DNA of 64,000 nt from the NCBI GenBank assembly GCA_003344405.1, contig NOWV01000124.1, positions 62,001 through 126,000 of the forward strand, written 5' to 3'. The DNA is from Trichoplax sp. H2. Lineage: Eukaryota. The notes beneath the pieces were generated by a model. It was not told where the DNA came from. It searched no databases and saw only the letters and a list, made by a program, of their open reading frames with translations. The position numbers were made by a program, and so were the translations under genes. This document shows positions 27,165 through 41,787 of this stretch, one piece after another; the stretch's first letter is position 1, and each line of letters starts with the position of its first letter.

Positions 27165-28130
27165 TCATCTTATCCAATTCCGTCTTCTTCTCGCGCTTCG
27201 AAGACTTTTTATCATTTCACGGAGCCTTCTGCGAATATTTCCGTCAAATTTCAGATACAAAAATGGATTAATAACGGTGATATTACTGGTTGTGGATACA
27301 GCAAGCATACATAACGCAAATAATACTGGATTTCTACTTTGAATTTGAGCGAAAGATATTCCAGCTACACCCATTCCAAACATGACCACAAAATAAGGCA
27401 GAGTAGTTAATACGTGGCATGTTGAGATGCTAATTAGTGATTTAATTAATTTCTGCCTACTAGATATATCCTGCTGTGACGGTTTCAACGGTTGCCCTGG
27501 TCGTACGTAATTCCTCTGAAATATTATAATTCGCCAATATGTAACTATAATAACCATTGAAGGTAAAGTATAGTACACGAACGTTAAGGATACTAAGTAT
27601 ACAGAAATGGAAGTCGTCACATTGGGGTAATCACACATAAATTCATCATCTTGACGAGGTTGAAGAAAAGTCATATCAGGCAATGTTACTGCTACGGAAA
27701 TGATCCAAATGAATACTTCACTGACGATAAGAATCTGACGTTTATGAACCAGGTAAAAATTATTTAACGGTTTCACGCAAGCAAAATAGCGATCGATGCT
27801 AATTAAGCACAGATTCATAATTGATATACCATACGATGTATAGACAACAGCGCCTGATATTTGACACATAGCTAGCATGCTGAAGGATTGATCTGCATTT
27901 TTGGCCAATAGTATTCCAGTAGAAATAAGAGAAGATGTATTGGATATTCCATCAGAAATAACACAGATAAGCATTAGGTAATACGTAGTTTTACGAAAAA
28001 ATTTGTCAGTCAAAAAGATATATAGTAATAAAGCATTGGCTATTAAACCAATCACGGATATGCTGCCAACGGTTATTGCAATGTATGCATACAGTTGACG
28101 ATTTTCACTGGTTACGTTAGATTCTTCCAT
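27165..28130 (-). CDS. Orphan class A GPCR, 321 aa (paralog 5)
   Basis: Intact ORF; SIDRY, CDYPN, NPFLYLKFDGNIR. Confidence 0.93.
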   Translation of the reverse strand: MEESNVTSENRQLYAYIAITVGSISVIGLIANALLLYIFLTDKFFRKTTYYLMLICVISDGISNTSSLISTGILLAKNADQSFSMLAMCQISGAVVYTSYGISIMNLCLISIDRYFACVKPLNNFYLVHKRQILIVSEVFIWIISVAVTLPDMTFLQPRQDDEFMCDYPNVTTSISVYLVSLTFVYYTLPSMVIIVTYWRIIIFQRNYVRPGQPLKPSQQDISSRQKLIKSLISISTCHVLTTLPYFVVMFGMGVAGISFAQIQSRNPVLFALCMLAVSTTSNITVINPFLYLKFDGNIRRRLREMIKSLRSARRRRNWIR

Positions 28131-30899
28131 CCTAAAATATTTTTAAAGAAACAAAATTGTTGTACTGAAAAAATGGATATGCCAAAATAGCCGTCGAAGA
28201 TTTACAAAGATCTTCAAATTTATGGAAATGCAGGATCTTTTATTTGCGAATAGCTTTCTATTCTCCTTACCGAAACAACCCCTAAACAATCCCTACTAAT
28301 TTAAATTAATGACTTTAATAACAGATATTTTTGTGCAAGTAGCTAACCTTAATCTTTTTCAGTTTTACTCATTATTGAATTAATTATTAAAAATATCTTC
28401 TTTTAAAATTGATCTTATCTCTTTTTCTATTCGAATGATGATGTCATAACGTGTTTTTTCTAATAGAACAACCATCTGTACTTTTTTGTATTGTGTTTCT
28501 AGTCCACTCATATATTAAAGGGTGACTACATAGACTTTATTTCTACTACTCCTACAACTTCCGGCAATTTAGTTGGGGATTGAATTGAAGTTATCATAAA
28601 AGATTCTTTTAATACAGTAACTTTTAATTGTTTATAATGCTTTCTGAGAAGAAATTACTGCAAAGTCACATCCTTATAACAATATGGACGGTTTACTCGT
28701 ACAAAGAATAATATCCCATATAAAAGCTATCTATTTAAACAACGTAAGGATAAAATATATAGACGTAACTTAAAAGTCGGTACATGATATTTATGATATC
28801 ATAAAGAAAGATTATTGAATTGAAGTGTCTGCTGCAGATATATCGTAAATTGTTTTTATTATAAAATGACCGAAGATTCTCGAGTATGGCTGCGAATCAA
28901 CTAGCCGGTCTATTTCACGTTACTCTAAACCGTGGTTTGCTAATTCCTTAGGTTTTGTATTAAGTAATTCTTCACGTTGTCACTCAAAATTTACATATCT
29001 TTCTTCGAGACCAATATGTAAGCAAAAACAACTCTGGTACTAAGACATATAGATCTTTTATCACTATTACCGTGTTATTTCACTGTTCGAATAGCTTTGT
29101 GGTTGCAGCTTATAAGGCAAGGTCTATCATCATAATTCTAAGTAAAATAGTGAAAGGATTATCGTAAATATTGTAAGGTCGGCTGATATACGCACATTTG
29201 ATATCAATGGCTATCAAGCTTATCAAAGTAATAAATAATGAAATGCTAGTTCAAAATAGTTGAATATAAGAGCGATCTAGCGCAAAGTAAGATTAATTAT
29301 AGTTACTAGCGGCTGGTTAAAATATACCATAATTGAGCCACTACTTTACTTAGAATAATTATAGTTCAAGAAATATATCCCAATAAAGAAAGATAAATAG
29401 ACTAAATTTGTTTACAAGTATGATGATTTTTATATAAAAAGCTCTGCCATTACTGTTCTTCGTTGTGTGCCTATTGCATGATTTCTTATTAAGAAGGTAT
29501 TTTTAGTCAGTACGGTACGGAAACTTTTGTTTTGTATTGCTTTGTCTCATAAATTAATTTGCAACAATCACATACAAGTAATTGTCAGCAACAAAAACGT
29601 TTCTAATCAGAATGTTATCTGTAATTAAGTATAGATGAGAGCAAAATAGTACCGAAATAATAATAAAGCAAAGCAGCCTAGTAAACGAAGTTATGAATAA
29701 AAAAAATAGTAACAATGAACATTAATCTTTCATTAGCATAAAGTGTAGCAACTTTATTCAATTAATATCATCTCAAAATGAACACAATATTACGATTCTG
29801 CCTGTCGGCTGTATATGAAAACCAGCGGGAGCAATATATGCAGCCTATAATACACCTTTTGAGAATAAATTATAAGTGAGTGATAAATTAGTTAGACGGA
29901 GATAAATTTTCGCTATAGGAGAAATTTCAATTGATCTTTAGCGATTCAGGTTAATACTTATCCAGACACTATCTTTTATCTTGAAGATTAATTTTAAATC
30001 ATTTGCAAATATAAACCTATCGTTTGAATAAATTTAACATTTTGCACTAAATTTTGATATTTTGAAAGAACTTCTTGTTACTCTTGGTCTTTTATTGTAA
30101 CAATAAATTGATAATCCAGTAGAGCTTGTAAGATAACAACTTATTTTTCCTAGATATGCTATCTAGGTCCTAATCAACATCCTTACAGAATAACTGCCGA
30201 AACATACTCTTAATAAACAAGCATATTGAATATGATAGCTCTTAGCGATACAATCACTACAACAACCTTAGTACTTCGTAACACTTCTGTTACCTGTTTT
30301 ACATTTAAGTGCGTAATTCGGAACAAAGTGCATCATCGCTCATTGTACCGGTTGAAGAGCAGCTGCGTAATTAGCTCAACAGCTATTTTCTAAAAGAGAT
30401 TACTATTATTAACACTTTCATCAAGTCAGTTACGCCTTAGATTAGCAAAACTTAAGATAACGCGGTAGTAAAATTGAATTTGATTATTATATGTACTAAA
30501 ACATTTCTTTCATGCTAGCAACTCTTTTGCTTATCCAATAAGCTTTCGATACATTATGATAGTATCAAACATTGAAGTTGAATCTCAATTTTTGCCAGCT
30601 TTAAAGGTATAAAATCACTAATTTGCTATAAAAGATGAACCATATGACATAAATTTGTAAAATTTAACATTTCCTTTAAATATATTTCATTATAATCTTA
30701 GGGCAGATGACAGCAAGCAATTCTTTCAATTTGAATAGCTAAAATATTATATTGGAATTCCTTAAAATCTCCTAAAATTATTGCAATTATTTATCTTGGT
30801 TAGATCTTGATCATTAATTCAATTAAAATGCTTAATTAAAACTTCAGTTCTAGTGGATTTATTTTTGTAATTTCATAATTGCTTGCACCAATGCTGCAT

Positions 30900-31522
30900 T
30901 GTTACGAGCTAGGAAAAGCCCTAACTCGTAACAAGGATTGAGAGAGTGATTTCTACCCTTTACTACTGTTATTTGGAATGACAGACAATTGGTATTCCAA
31001 GACAGATACGGTTTAACACCAAGAGACCTTCAATACTTGCTAGAAAATCATAATCTAATTTATTGTCAGCGAACTTGCCGTTTATATAGGTTTCGGATCT
31101 AAAACCGGTTTAGCTACACAAGTCACCTCGTCTATTAGAAATTAACTAGATTAATACCCTAAAGAGATTCTAACTGTACAGATTAGATACAGTCTAATCC
31201 TATTGAAAATAATGTAACAGTATCGAAATAATCAATGCTTATTAATAGTTTAACAGATACATATAAATTTATCCTACTAAGACAATTCCTCTAAACATAG
31301 GAATTGTACTTTGAACCTTAACAACTTGGAGGTGATAGAAATAATCCAGTTTAGCTGGTTGGCAATTACTATTTTAGTCTATGTTATCCTAAATTAAGGA
31401 TATCAACTGTTAACCACTAAAATTACAATTGGGGAGGCCGTAAAACATTTCTGATATATAAACATATAAATAGAACGTAAAATAGAAATAAAATATACAT
31501 CACGAAGATTAATTTAGTGACA
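30900..31522 (-). mobile_element. Probable solo LTR-like element
   Basis: TGTTAC start with a terminal hairpin; minus-strand TATA (~31085) and AATAAA (~31060); possible end GTGACA at 31522; TSD is degenerate. Confidence 0.4.
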
Positions 31523-33139
31523 TGTACAAGTAAATTATCAATTTTATAATCCATACGGATTTAGAAAAATATTTAATATCCTATTCAAATTATATAAAAG
31601 TCGCTATTTATGAAAAGAAATATTTATATCAATCCTTAATTTGCTAGCTACCATTCTCTGCCAATAATAAAGAATACTTTATTGTATCATAGCATGCATA
31701 TACAGTAATAAGAGAAAAGTTTTCAAACCAAGATAACGTGAATTTCTGGTAATGAAGGTGTTGCATTTTCGAAACTCTTCTACTTTGTAACAAGGAAGAT
31801 TTGAATGAAATCTCCAGACGAGTCCAATAGAGCTAGAGTATTGAACTAATCTGTATTGTTCTTACTAACCTTTATACAGTAGGATAAGGCTAGCAGTTTA
31901 CTTACGTCATATTAAATATACTAACAAATGCAATAACATTCTTACAAATAAGGTAATAGCCGATAATTAATCTATAACAAATGATAACATATCAGGAATG
32001 TATTCAGGCTAACATTTCATTTATAACCTTTTCTATGGGCTTACATACTGTAAATTTATGCCTAAGTGGTTATGATACTGTAGTCAAACAAAATGATTTT
32101 AAGTTATAGTGAACTTATAATATAGAAGCTGTATTAGCATAACTAACGAAAATCTGTTTCGTAACAGAAGGTTATTAAAATTTTTTCCAGAATATCAAAG
32201 AATTAAGAATAGATTGCAAGTCAATTTCGCTCGTGAGTGAAAGCTGCGATTAACAACGTATATAAGAAATTTTCGTAAACTTTTCAGTGATGAATATAGT
32301 CTGTGATAGATGCAATAGCGATAATAACTTATAGAAATCATGAAACCAAGACGAATTAGAATTTCTATTCATCATGTATAATTATGGTCTTGTATAAATC
32401 TGAATGATTATTAATTTACTAATGAACTTTAATCCATTGCACAAATATTTTAGAGGTCACGAATTCCTTATTAAAATACAATTTATCCCTATTATTATTC
32501 CAACCATCGAAACATTGCAATAAACAATGAAATCTTTACCCTGAAAAATTAAAGATAATTATCTCATTAAAATTTTAAGAAATAAAGAATCTGCTACATC
32601 TAGTATCTCCTCGCTGAAATCAAGCCTTGTAATCAATCATTACACATAATTTATGGTACCATACGATATAAGGTAAGTTTTATTCAAATACTAGAAAACA
32701 ATAACTAGTTCGATCCAACAAACACCCTTGGATAACGGACGTTAAATTCTTTTAAATCATTAAACGAGAATATCAACTGGGAAACTTTTATCCGTAAAAA
32801 GTAATTTGGTAAAAGATAATTTAGTTTCTCATACTTACTTGTATTAACCAGCATTATCTGTATTAATAAGTTATTGTTCTTTTAGCGTTACGAAAATATT
32901 GATTGAATGCTAGAATTTTATAAATATGCTGTTGATCATTTTATATTATAAGTAATAACTTATCATAATTCACGACACTTAGAGAAAATTAGAAATAAAA
33001 CTTCAGGTTGAATAGAAGAGAAAGCTTACCATTTCACCTATCAATCAATTATTATAGTGCCTTATTTATTTACTTCTTCTATCAAGGTACCAACTATTTA
33101 AATTTTTAATCACTTTATCGAAGTTTTGAAAGACACAGG

Positions 33140-33421
33140 TGTCACAAAACAACTTTCGTAATCGTTCCTGAACTAAACTATCTACTCTTAAGGTTCCCCG
33201 ACTAACTCCGGAAATCCTTAGTAAAGGAAAACTAACTTATTCCTATGTTATACAAAACGATTCCAACGATAAATTTAGGTTATTAAATATTTTATTAATA
33301 ACTATTACAATTTAGTACCAGTGTACTCTAGGGTAGCCTCAAAGGAACTGAGATTAAAAATTAATAAACATTCGCAATTTCACTACTAGCCACTTATCAT
33401 GGAGCATCAAGTTCCGTAACA
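33140..33421 (-). mobile_element. Solo LTR-like element
   Basis: TGTCAC...GTAACA ends; TSD ACAGG/ATAGG; distantly similar to 54277-54640. Confidence 0.65.
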
Positions 33422-35144
33422 ATAGGAAATCCAGATGTCCTTGAATTATCTTCTTTGTTAAAATTATATCATAACCGTTCAAATAGACATCATTATCGTT
33501 AAAATATCGCTATCTGTAATATTTTTTTCCAAATTTTCAAAATCTTAATACTAAAATTAATGGTAGATAAATATCATGAAAGTCAGAAAGATACTAGTAT
33601 CATCTTTGTGATGTAATTTTTAACCTAGCCTCTAATTCATCACAAATAAATGTTAACAAGTAATTACTGCACAGTATATAATTTATTGGCTTGCATCACA
33701 ACATTATGAGAAGCTAAAAGGTCATGTGCTGTTCGTGTGATCGCTTTATCTACAAATTTCATTTTAATCACCTTCATTTATATTACAGCTCATTTTCTTT
33801 GCAGAATAAATCCCAATTGACGCACAATTAACTTAAAATCGTCCATATTAAAAACAATAAAAGTTATAATTTTAAAAATATTGCGATGAAGCATTACTGG
33901 TGACCTACATAACCAGATCAATATAACAATAAATCATTACCCTACTAAAGGACTGGCCTATAATCAATTAATTGAAACGAAGCTACATATCACACTTTAT
34001 AGTTAATATTAATAAAAAGCTAAAATAATATTTTAGACCTCAAGACATAGATAGTGTTAATTCTGTAACTTCATTCCGGACAAAAGAACGCTTTTAACAT
34101 TTTTTACAGTTTTAATCTATGTCTATGCAAATTGCCTAGGCATTAACAAATTGCAAATTACACTTACAGCGTTTTGTAAATTGACTGGGCATAATACAAA
34201 CTAACTAGGCATTATTTAAATCGACTAAGTATTATACAAATTGCTTTAATGTTTCAAGTTGACGATGCTAGAAGAACTGTATTTCTATATGTAATACATT
34301 TAATTTAATATAATCTTCTAAAATCTTACATTTTCTCCTTTCTTGCTATACAATATTCCTTAAAATCAAATTTCTGATGTATAAATTAAGCTCAACTATT
34401 ATGTATGTTTCCTTATTTAACATCATCAGTTTAGCAAAGGAAGCAGTGTTTTAACGAATACCATAGTAAACTGACGAAAGTCCTACTTCAAAAACTAATT
34501 CAGATAATTAATTAATATAAACACAATCAAAAAGTATAAATTTTATACTAAGTATAGCTCGAGAGAAATCTAGACATGTATGTTGTATAATGCCGTAGTT
34601 AGTATCCCATAGTTAATGAACTGAAAAGAGCTACAACTTGTATCAAAAAACATTATACTTTCTTCTGTTTTTATTATTATAACGATTTATATATCGATAA
34701 TATCTCCATCAGCATAATCTACGCCAACCGTTTTTAACTTATAAATATTATATGAGGCTAAAATGCTCCTTTAGAATGCAAATCTACTTACTGTTATGCC
34801 ACGCAAATATCAATCAAAATTTTTTTCCTTAGATAATATCGCAAATGTATTGTACTTATGTGAAACACTAGCATAGATTTATCGGAACTTACACGTACGA
34901 TATTCTAATTAGCAGTATTTGACGTAGATATGTTATCGTAATTAGAAAGAGACCATATCACATTTATCTATATCAAGGAAAGGCAATGAATGGTTTGATT
35001 AATTTTACATAAGGTATAAATAGGTTGGCAAGCTTGCAGATGATTAAAATACTAACGAAAATTCAGGCTAGTAGGAGTATTAATAAATAAAAAGCTTAGT
35101 TATTATAAATGTGACTCTATAATTCTCTTTCGTATCCATAACAT

Positions 35145-36101
35145 TCAAATTCTTTTATGATCTCCTTTATGACAACATTTAAGTATTTCTTTAAAATTTT
35201 TACGAATATTTCCATCAAATTTTAAGTATAGAAATGGATTAATTACTGTAATATTACTGGTAGAAGCTACAGCAAGTACACATATGGCAAATAATACTGA
35301 ACTCTTTTCTCGTACTTGCAATAGATTTGTTCTAGTTACACCAAATGAGAGCAAGACTACAAAGTAAGGAAATGTCAGTAAAACATAACTTAATGAGATG
35401 CTGATTAGCGATTTAATTAGCTTCCTTTTGCTTGCTTGTTCATATTTTAATTGTTTTATAGTTTGTCCTGGTCGCACGTAGTTTCGTTGAAATATTATAA
35501 TACGCCAATAAGCAATAGTGATAACCATCGAAGGCAATACATAATATACAACGGTATAGGAGACCAAGTATATTGAAATTGATATTGTCACATTAGGATA
35601 ATCACAAATAAACTTATCATCATCTGGAGCTTGAATAAATGCAATATCAGGTATCGTTATAGACGCTGATATTATCCAAATGAGTATCTCAACAATAATT
35701 ACAATCTTCTTCCTATAAACCCGATAGAACATATTGAGAGGTTTTACGAAAGCAAAATAACGATCGATACTAATTAAGCATAAATTCATGATCGATACGC
35801 CGTATGAGATGTAGACCACTACCCCGGATATACTGCATACTATTAGCATAGTATAAGACTGAGTGCCATGTTTACCTAGTAGCAAGCCAGTAGAAATGAG
35901 TGAAAAAATATTGGATATGCCATCGGAAATAACACAAATTAGCATTAAATAATACGTAATTTTGCGAAAGTATTTATCTGATATAAAGATATATAATAGC
36001 AACGCATTGCCCATCAATCCGACAAAATTTATACCGCTTACAACAACGGCAAAGTAAGTATATAATAGGCCATCATTAATTGTTGCATTCGAAGCTGTCA
36101 T
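35145..36101 (-). CDS. Orphan class A GPCR, 318 aa (paralog 6)
   Basis: Intact ORF; TM1 GN, SIDRY, CDYPN, NPFLY. Confidence 0.93.
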   Translation of the reverse strand: MTASNATINDGLLYTYFAVVVSGINFVGLMGNALLLYIFISDKYFRKITYYLMLICVISDGISNIFSLISTGLLLGKHGTQSYTMLIVCSISGVVVYISYGVSIMNLCLISIDRYFAFVKPLNMFYRVYRKKIVIIVEILIWIISASITIPDIAFIQAPDDDKFICDYPNVTISISIYLVSYTVVYYVLPSMVITIAYWRIIIFQRNYVRPGQTIKQLKYEQASKRKLIKSLISISLSYVLLTFPYFVVLLSFGVTRTNLLQVREKSSVLFAICVLAVASTSNITVINPFLYLKFDGNIRKNFKEILKCCHKGDHKRI

Positions 36102-39100
36102 GATAGAATGATATTTTGATGTTAGAGCTTGTAGATCCTGATTATATCTATTACCTGATTATCAGCTGAGAGGTAAAACTAGCTCAAGCAAAATCCTGTT
36201 TAAGAAATAAAATTTCGAGTATAAAATCAATTCAAAAATGTTTTTACTGTATTTTCCCTTTTGCGATTGTTGCGGTATAACAAATAAACTATCAGATAAA
36301 CTGTTACAGATCTATAGCTATTCCTTATAAGTAATTGATCTTTAGCTTCTATATTTCAATCTGATTTTATATTTAAGAATTTTTTTAAAATTGTTCAATA
36401 ATTTCTACTATGCTTTAAGATTGACACTTCATGGTAAAACAGTCCCTCTTTACAAGGAATAGTTGTACGTGCCTACTACAAAAGCATTATTCCAAAACTT
36501 ACTTGATAGCATACACCAAAGTATTTTTGTTACCAATTCAGATATATTTTCACCTATTGAAATTCATATGACTTCATTTAATATAAGAGATTTTTTTAGC
36601 TTCAGTTTCTATACTACTATAGCAGCATCGAACTGCTTTGCATTTCATTGCTATGACATGATTACTTAAGAAATAATTTAGAAGCCTTAATAGAAAAATT
36701 ACAAAATTTTAAGCCCAATTCTTTTAATTCTTGCCAAAGCTTCGAGTAATATAAGGTATTTAATACGCAGGTCTTTAGATTAAATATTGACCAAAAGTAT
36801 TTCCTCTTCCGTTTGCGAGAATACTACCGGATCAATTTTAAACTTCCATGAACTGTTAATGTAAAATTTAATATTTACAATGGGGCTGCATGATTTCATA
36901 AACTTGTAAGTCAAAATATCTTGCCTAATATACTATATTTTTGCGATAAAATGTTACGAGAAAGCAGTGATAATGTTTAATCTAACATTAAGGTGAATTT
37001 AGATTAAAGAAATAAATTATTACAGTTATCGTTGGTTACACAACAGTATTTTTGCCTATTGTAACAGTCTAACATTAGTAACTGCTGCTCAGGTACACAA
37101 TAAATACAGCATACCTAATTGTAGACTATATACCTTAATATTGGAATATCCTCGACAAGAAAACTTTTACACTGGTCATCGCTGAATATCTTCTAAATAT
37201 TTGACTTCGCATAATTTGAGCAAAACATAGCAGATATAACTTACGATGGCATCAACATAGTTAATCAGTGTTCTATACATAGTTTGAAAGATGACGCCCA
37301 AACTAGTATACAGATTATAAAAATACTCAAGTTAAAAAAATTATTGTAGAAGCAATAGATTTTGAGAAAGATATAATTATCAACCGAAGAAAAAAATAGC
37401 ATTCATTTTTTAAAATAATTACCAGCTGATTGCAAATAATACACTAATTAAATGGAGTTATTTTTCTGACATACTCGTACGATTGTATTTAGAAGTAATC
37501 ATTGATTTAAATTACTAATTACTATTTTCAATGTCCAGCTGTTGAATTTATTTCATGCATACATCTGTAAACAAATGACATACCTTTTTAGTCAAAGAAG
37601 AAGTGCACTGAATAAGTATAAAAGAAATATACCAATAAAGAATCCATTAATTTTAGCAATAAATTTTTCGAATTTCTACTATATAATATGGTTTTCAGCC
37701 ATTCAATTAGCCACACCATGACGTAACATGTTATTTCTATTAGTCTTATTAAATATATGTATCAGATTTGGCAATGAGCAAATTTCTGACATATTTTTAC
37801 TAATATATACAGCAGTTGGCCTTGGATTTTGTTATAGTCTTAAATAACGTAATTTGGATATAATATAGATATCCTTCAGTATGATCGATTACAATTTTTA
37901 ATTATAACTATACACCAGCAAGTGTAAGATGCTAACAAAATATTAATAATTTTTACTTTAGAGTCTTTAGCGGAATACCTCATCATTGGATTCTAGAATT
38001 TAAATTATGCATATATAAAGTAAACATGAAAGGATTTACTTTATCTACCACATTTTGAAAAGGAAGATTTTCAACTTGTAGCATAGTTTACACATTGTGT
38101 CATTATGTATATTAGTCAGACCCTCACTAAAGATTTATGTCCGCAGTAAGCTCTTGTATGATTTCATTGCATAAAAATATTTAACAAAACATTAAGATAC
38201 GGCGCATAGGACAAGGAAAAACGAAGGTCTCTAGCTTCTTATGCTATACTTCAAATAATATCTTCTCTGAGGCTCTAGCTACTGCTGTTGATTACTTCAT
38301 CGTCAATGATTCACAGTTAATACATCGCTCTGAATAAGCTAATCTTAATCCAAGACATGAAGTTTGATTACCGAAAAACTAATACGAATCTAAGCTTTAA
38401 AACATCTATTATCACTACTTATATAGCATTATGCTAGGCTAGATTATCTTTACAAATATTCAGTCAGAGATAAGTAAGTTTAATCTCAGGACATATAATT
38501 TTACAATTATTTTAAAATAATAAAATGCTATTACAATATGAGGAAAGACTACTTGACAGCGAAAGTAAACAGAAATCGATAGTGTTGAAAACTGTTCATT
38601 CATGAATTCTTCCCTTCCAGTAATATTGATTAATTCTGAAATAATAAATAATTTGACGGTAGGGCTTGCAGGTTCGTTGATTTCTATCTACTAAATAAAT
38701 TTCATTTGAAATCCAAAAATTTGTCTAGGCAAAATTTGATTAATAAACAAAATTTCGAGCGTAGCATTAATTCAAAAATTTCCATCGTAAATATCCGTTT
38801 TACTGATTTTCCTATATGCTTACTGAGATATCAGATGATATGTCAAAAATTGTCATTTACTCTTAGTATGTAATTGATATTTATCTTTTATTTTTACATC
38901 TTATTTAATATTAGACAATCTTTCTTTAAAAATTATCCATTTATGTCTTCCTGGATTATATTTCGGTGCTTTGCTTTAAAATAACTCGTGTTCACATTGC
39001 TTCACTATTTGTGCTCGCTAGAAACTATTGTTTCGTATCTTGTATGAAACACCAAATTAGTCTTTATTATCTATTCCGATAGATTTTTCTCTTACATAAA

Positions 39101-40836
39101 GTACTCATGACTTAATTTATTATAAGGGATTTCTTTTTTAAACTTTAATTTCCGTGCTGCTACTACTAGGGGTAAGAACCACTTTCCATTCCATACCTGT
39201 AATATCTAATCATCCCATAAATATCATAATAGCGTTGATAAAATATAACAAAGTTTTAGAATTGAAATATTAATTCTGGTCGAGGTTTTGAATAATGTAA
39301 GGTTTGGACATCAGGATCTTCACATCAAAAATCTACTATTGGTGTTTCACTTCGGCTCCTTGGTGATATATGATCACTCTTAGAGATGATCTTTAATTTA
39401 AATTACCAATTACTCTGATCAACGCCCATCTGCTAACTTTATTTCTGACGCGTATGTACACACGTATTCGAAAGATACATATTTGATATCAAAAAAAAAA
39501 TATTGAATAGGCTTAAAAGAAACATACCGATAAAGAATTCATTAGCTTTTGCTATACATTTTTAGATCCACTTCGAAATTTAATTTCTAACTATTCTATT
39601 TAAGCTATGCCGTAGCCAAACCAAGATCTCATCTACTCTTTTTACTAGTACTGTTAATAACAGAGCTTATCCGTAGTAAGCCCTAATATTGATGGATTAG
39701 ATTTTAGTAAGGTTGCAGATGAGGCATTTTGTGATATTTAGTCACTATTATATGTTGACACTAAATGAGGACCTTTGATAACTCATCAATAACATATGTA
39801 CAGTATGGATAAAATATGGCAAATTTATGCTATGAAACCTTGAGCAGCTTTACTAATCATTCAGTTCCACATCGTTATAAACTACAAGAGTGGATCAATT
39901 CATCTCAAAGTACCATTATTCTAAGTGTAACATGTACATCGACCTTGCAAGCATCAATGCTATCATTAATGGAGAGATACAAGATCTTTTTACGAGATTT
40001 CTTAATCCAACAGAAACCAGAATCCCTAGAATTTTAGTAAATTAGTTTTAGTTCTTAATCAGAACTTGAAAACAACGGAAAGATAAAAGCAAAATGCTAA
40101 ATAGTGCAAATGTAGTAATCAATTAGGATATACAGATTATACGGTAGTAAACAAGTTAATCCAAAATATAGTTTACAGTTTCTACACATAAATAGTGAAT
40201 ATATAAGATTTTCTGATGTTAGAGAGATTTGGAAAAAAGATTTCTACTAGTAGTTCCTATATTTGGCTTATATGTGGTTAGACCCTTCATGTAGACAGCA
40301 TTCGCAATAGATACTCTTATTAGCTAATAATATACAAACTATTTAAAGAAACGTTAATAGCATGCTTCGCTGAAATCATATCTACTCTCACCTTCAAATG
40401 TTAAAGAGCTCTTTATAATCACTTAGCCACCGCTGGAACAGCACTAACAAAACTAGCTTAATTGAGGTTGCTATAAATTTCGTTTCAGAAGGAAAGTCAA
40501 GATAGCTAATCTATCGTACCTTTCTCTGTTAGTAGAAATTTTTCGCAGTAATTTTCTTAATTTCTAAGTTGTACTCTTATTATACTTCCTTGAAAATGCG
40601 ATTATTGGCTAAAATACTACTAAATGACCAGAACTCAAACCGAATTTATGGAGCCACTCAACTTCAGCTTTACATGAAACATAATACAATTAAACAAGTT
40701 TATTGAATGGACTTTAAAAAATATGATAATTTCAAATTAATAATAAATTGTTGCGATAAATTGACTACTGTAACCCAAAACTTTTAAATCATTAGGATCT
40801 TCAATTATCTTAATATTAACATGTAATGCTTAATTA

Positions 40837-41787
40837 CTATTTTCTTCTCATTTCACGAACGCGTACAAGTATTTCACGAAATCTCCTACGAATATTTCCA
40901 TCAAATCTTAGAAGCAAGAATGGATTAATAATAGTGATATTACCTGTCATAGATACAGCCAATAAACTTAAAATAAATAATGCTGGACTTCTATTTTGTA
41001 TTTGCGTTAAGTTTACTCTTGTTAAACCCATTGCAAACATAAGTGCAAAGTAAGGAAATGTCGTCAATACGTAACATAATGAGATACTGATTAGTGATTT
41101 GATTAGCTTCTTTTTATTTTCCAAGTCCTGTTGCAATTGTCGTGATTGTTGCCCAGGCCGTATATAATTTCGTTGAAATATTATTATGCGCCAATAAATG
41201 ATAATAATAACTATTGACGGTAATACATAGAAAAACGCTGAAAAAAATACTAAATATACTGAAATTGATGTTGTAATGTTAGGATAATCACATATAAATC
41301 GATTGCCTCTTTGTGCTTGAATAAACACAAAATCAGGAATTGCCACAGCTGCTGATATTATCCAGATAAATACTTCGGTAATGATGATAATTTTGCTTTT
41401 GTAGGTTCGATAAAAATAATTTAACGGTTTTACGAAAGCGAAATATCGATCGATACTAATTAAGCATAAATTCATAATGGATATACCGTATGAAATATAA
41501 ACGACTGAACCAAATAAGCGACATATCACATCCATACCTTCTGACTGGTAGAGCTTGGTGATAAGTAGCAAATTACTAGAACTGAGTGAAGAAATGTTAG
41601 ATATACCATCAGAGATCACACAAATTAGCATTAAATAATAAGTCGTCTTACGAAAAAATTTATCAGATGTAAAGATGTATAGCAGTAAAGCATTAGCTAT
41701 CAAACCAATAGAGCACAGGCAGTTTATGAAAATGGAAAAATATGAATAAGCATCGTCATTTGTAATAGTGGAGTTAATGTTCTCCAT
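40837..41787 (-). CDS. Orphan class A GPCR, 316 aa from ATG 41787 (paralog 7)
   Basis: MENINST start aligns with the paralogs; SIDRY, CDYPN, NPFLLLRFDGNIR. Confidence 0.92.
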   Translation of the reverse strand: MENINSTITNDDAYSYFSIFINCLCSIGLIANALLLYIFTSDKFFRKTTYYLMLICVISDGISNISSLSSSNLLLITKLYQSEGMDVICRLFGSVVYISYGISIMNLCLISIDRYFAFVKPLNYFYRTYKSKIIIITEVFIWIISAAVAIPDFVFIQAQRGNRFICDYPNITTSISVYLVFFSAFFYVLPSIVIIIIYWRIIIFQRNYIRPGQQSRQLQQDLENKKKLIKSLISISLCYVLTTFPYFALMFAMGLTRVNLTQIQNRSPALFILSLLAVSMTGNITIINPFLLLRFDGNIRRRFREILVRVREMRRK

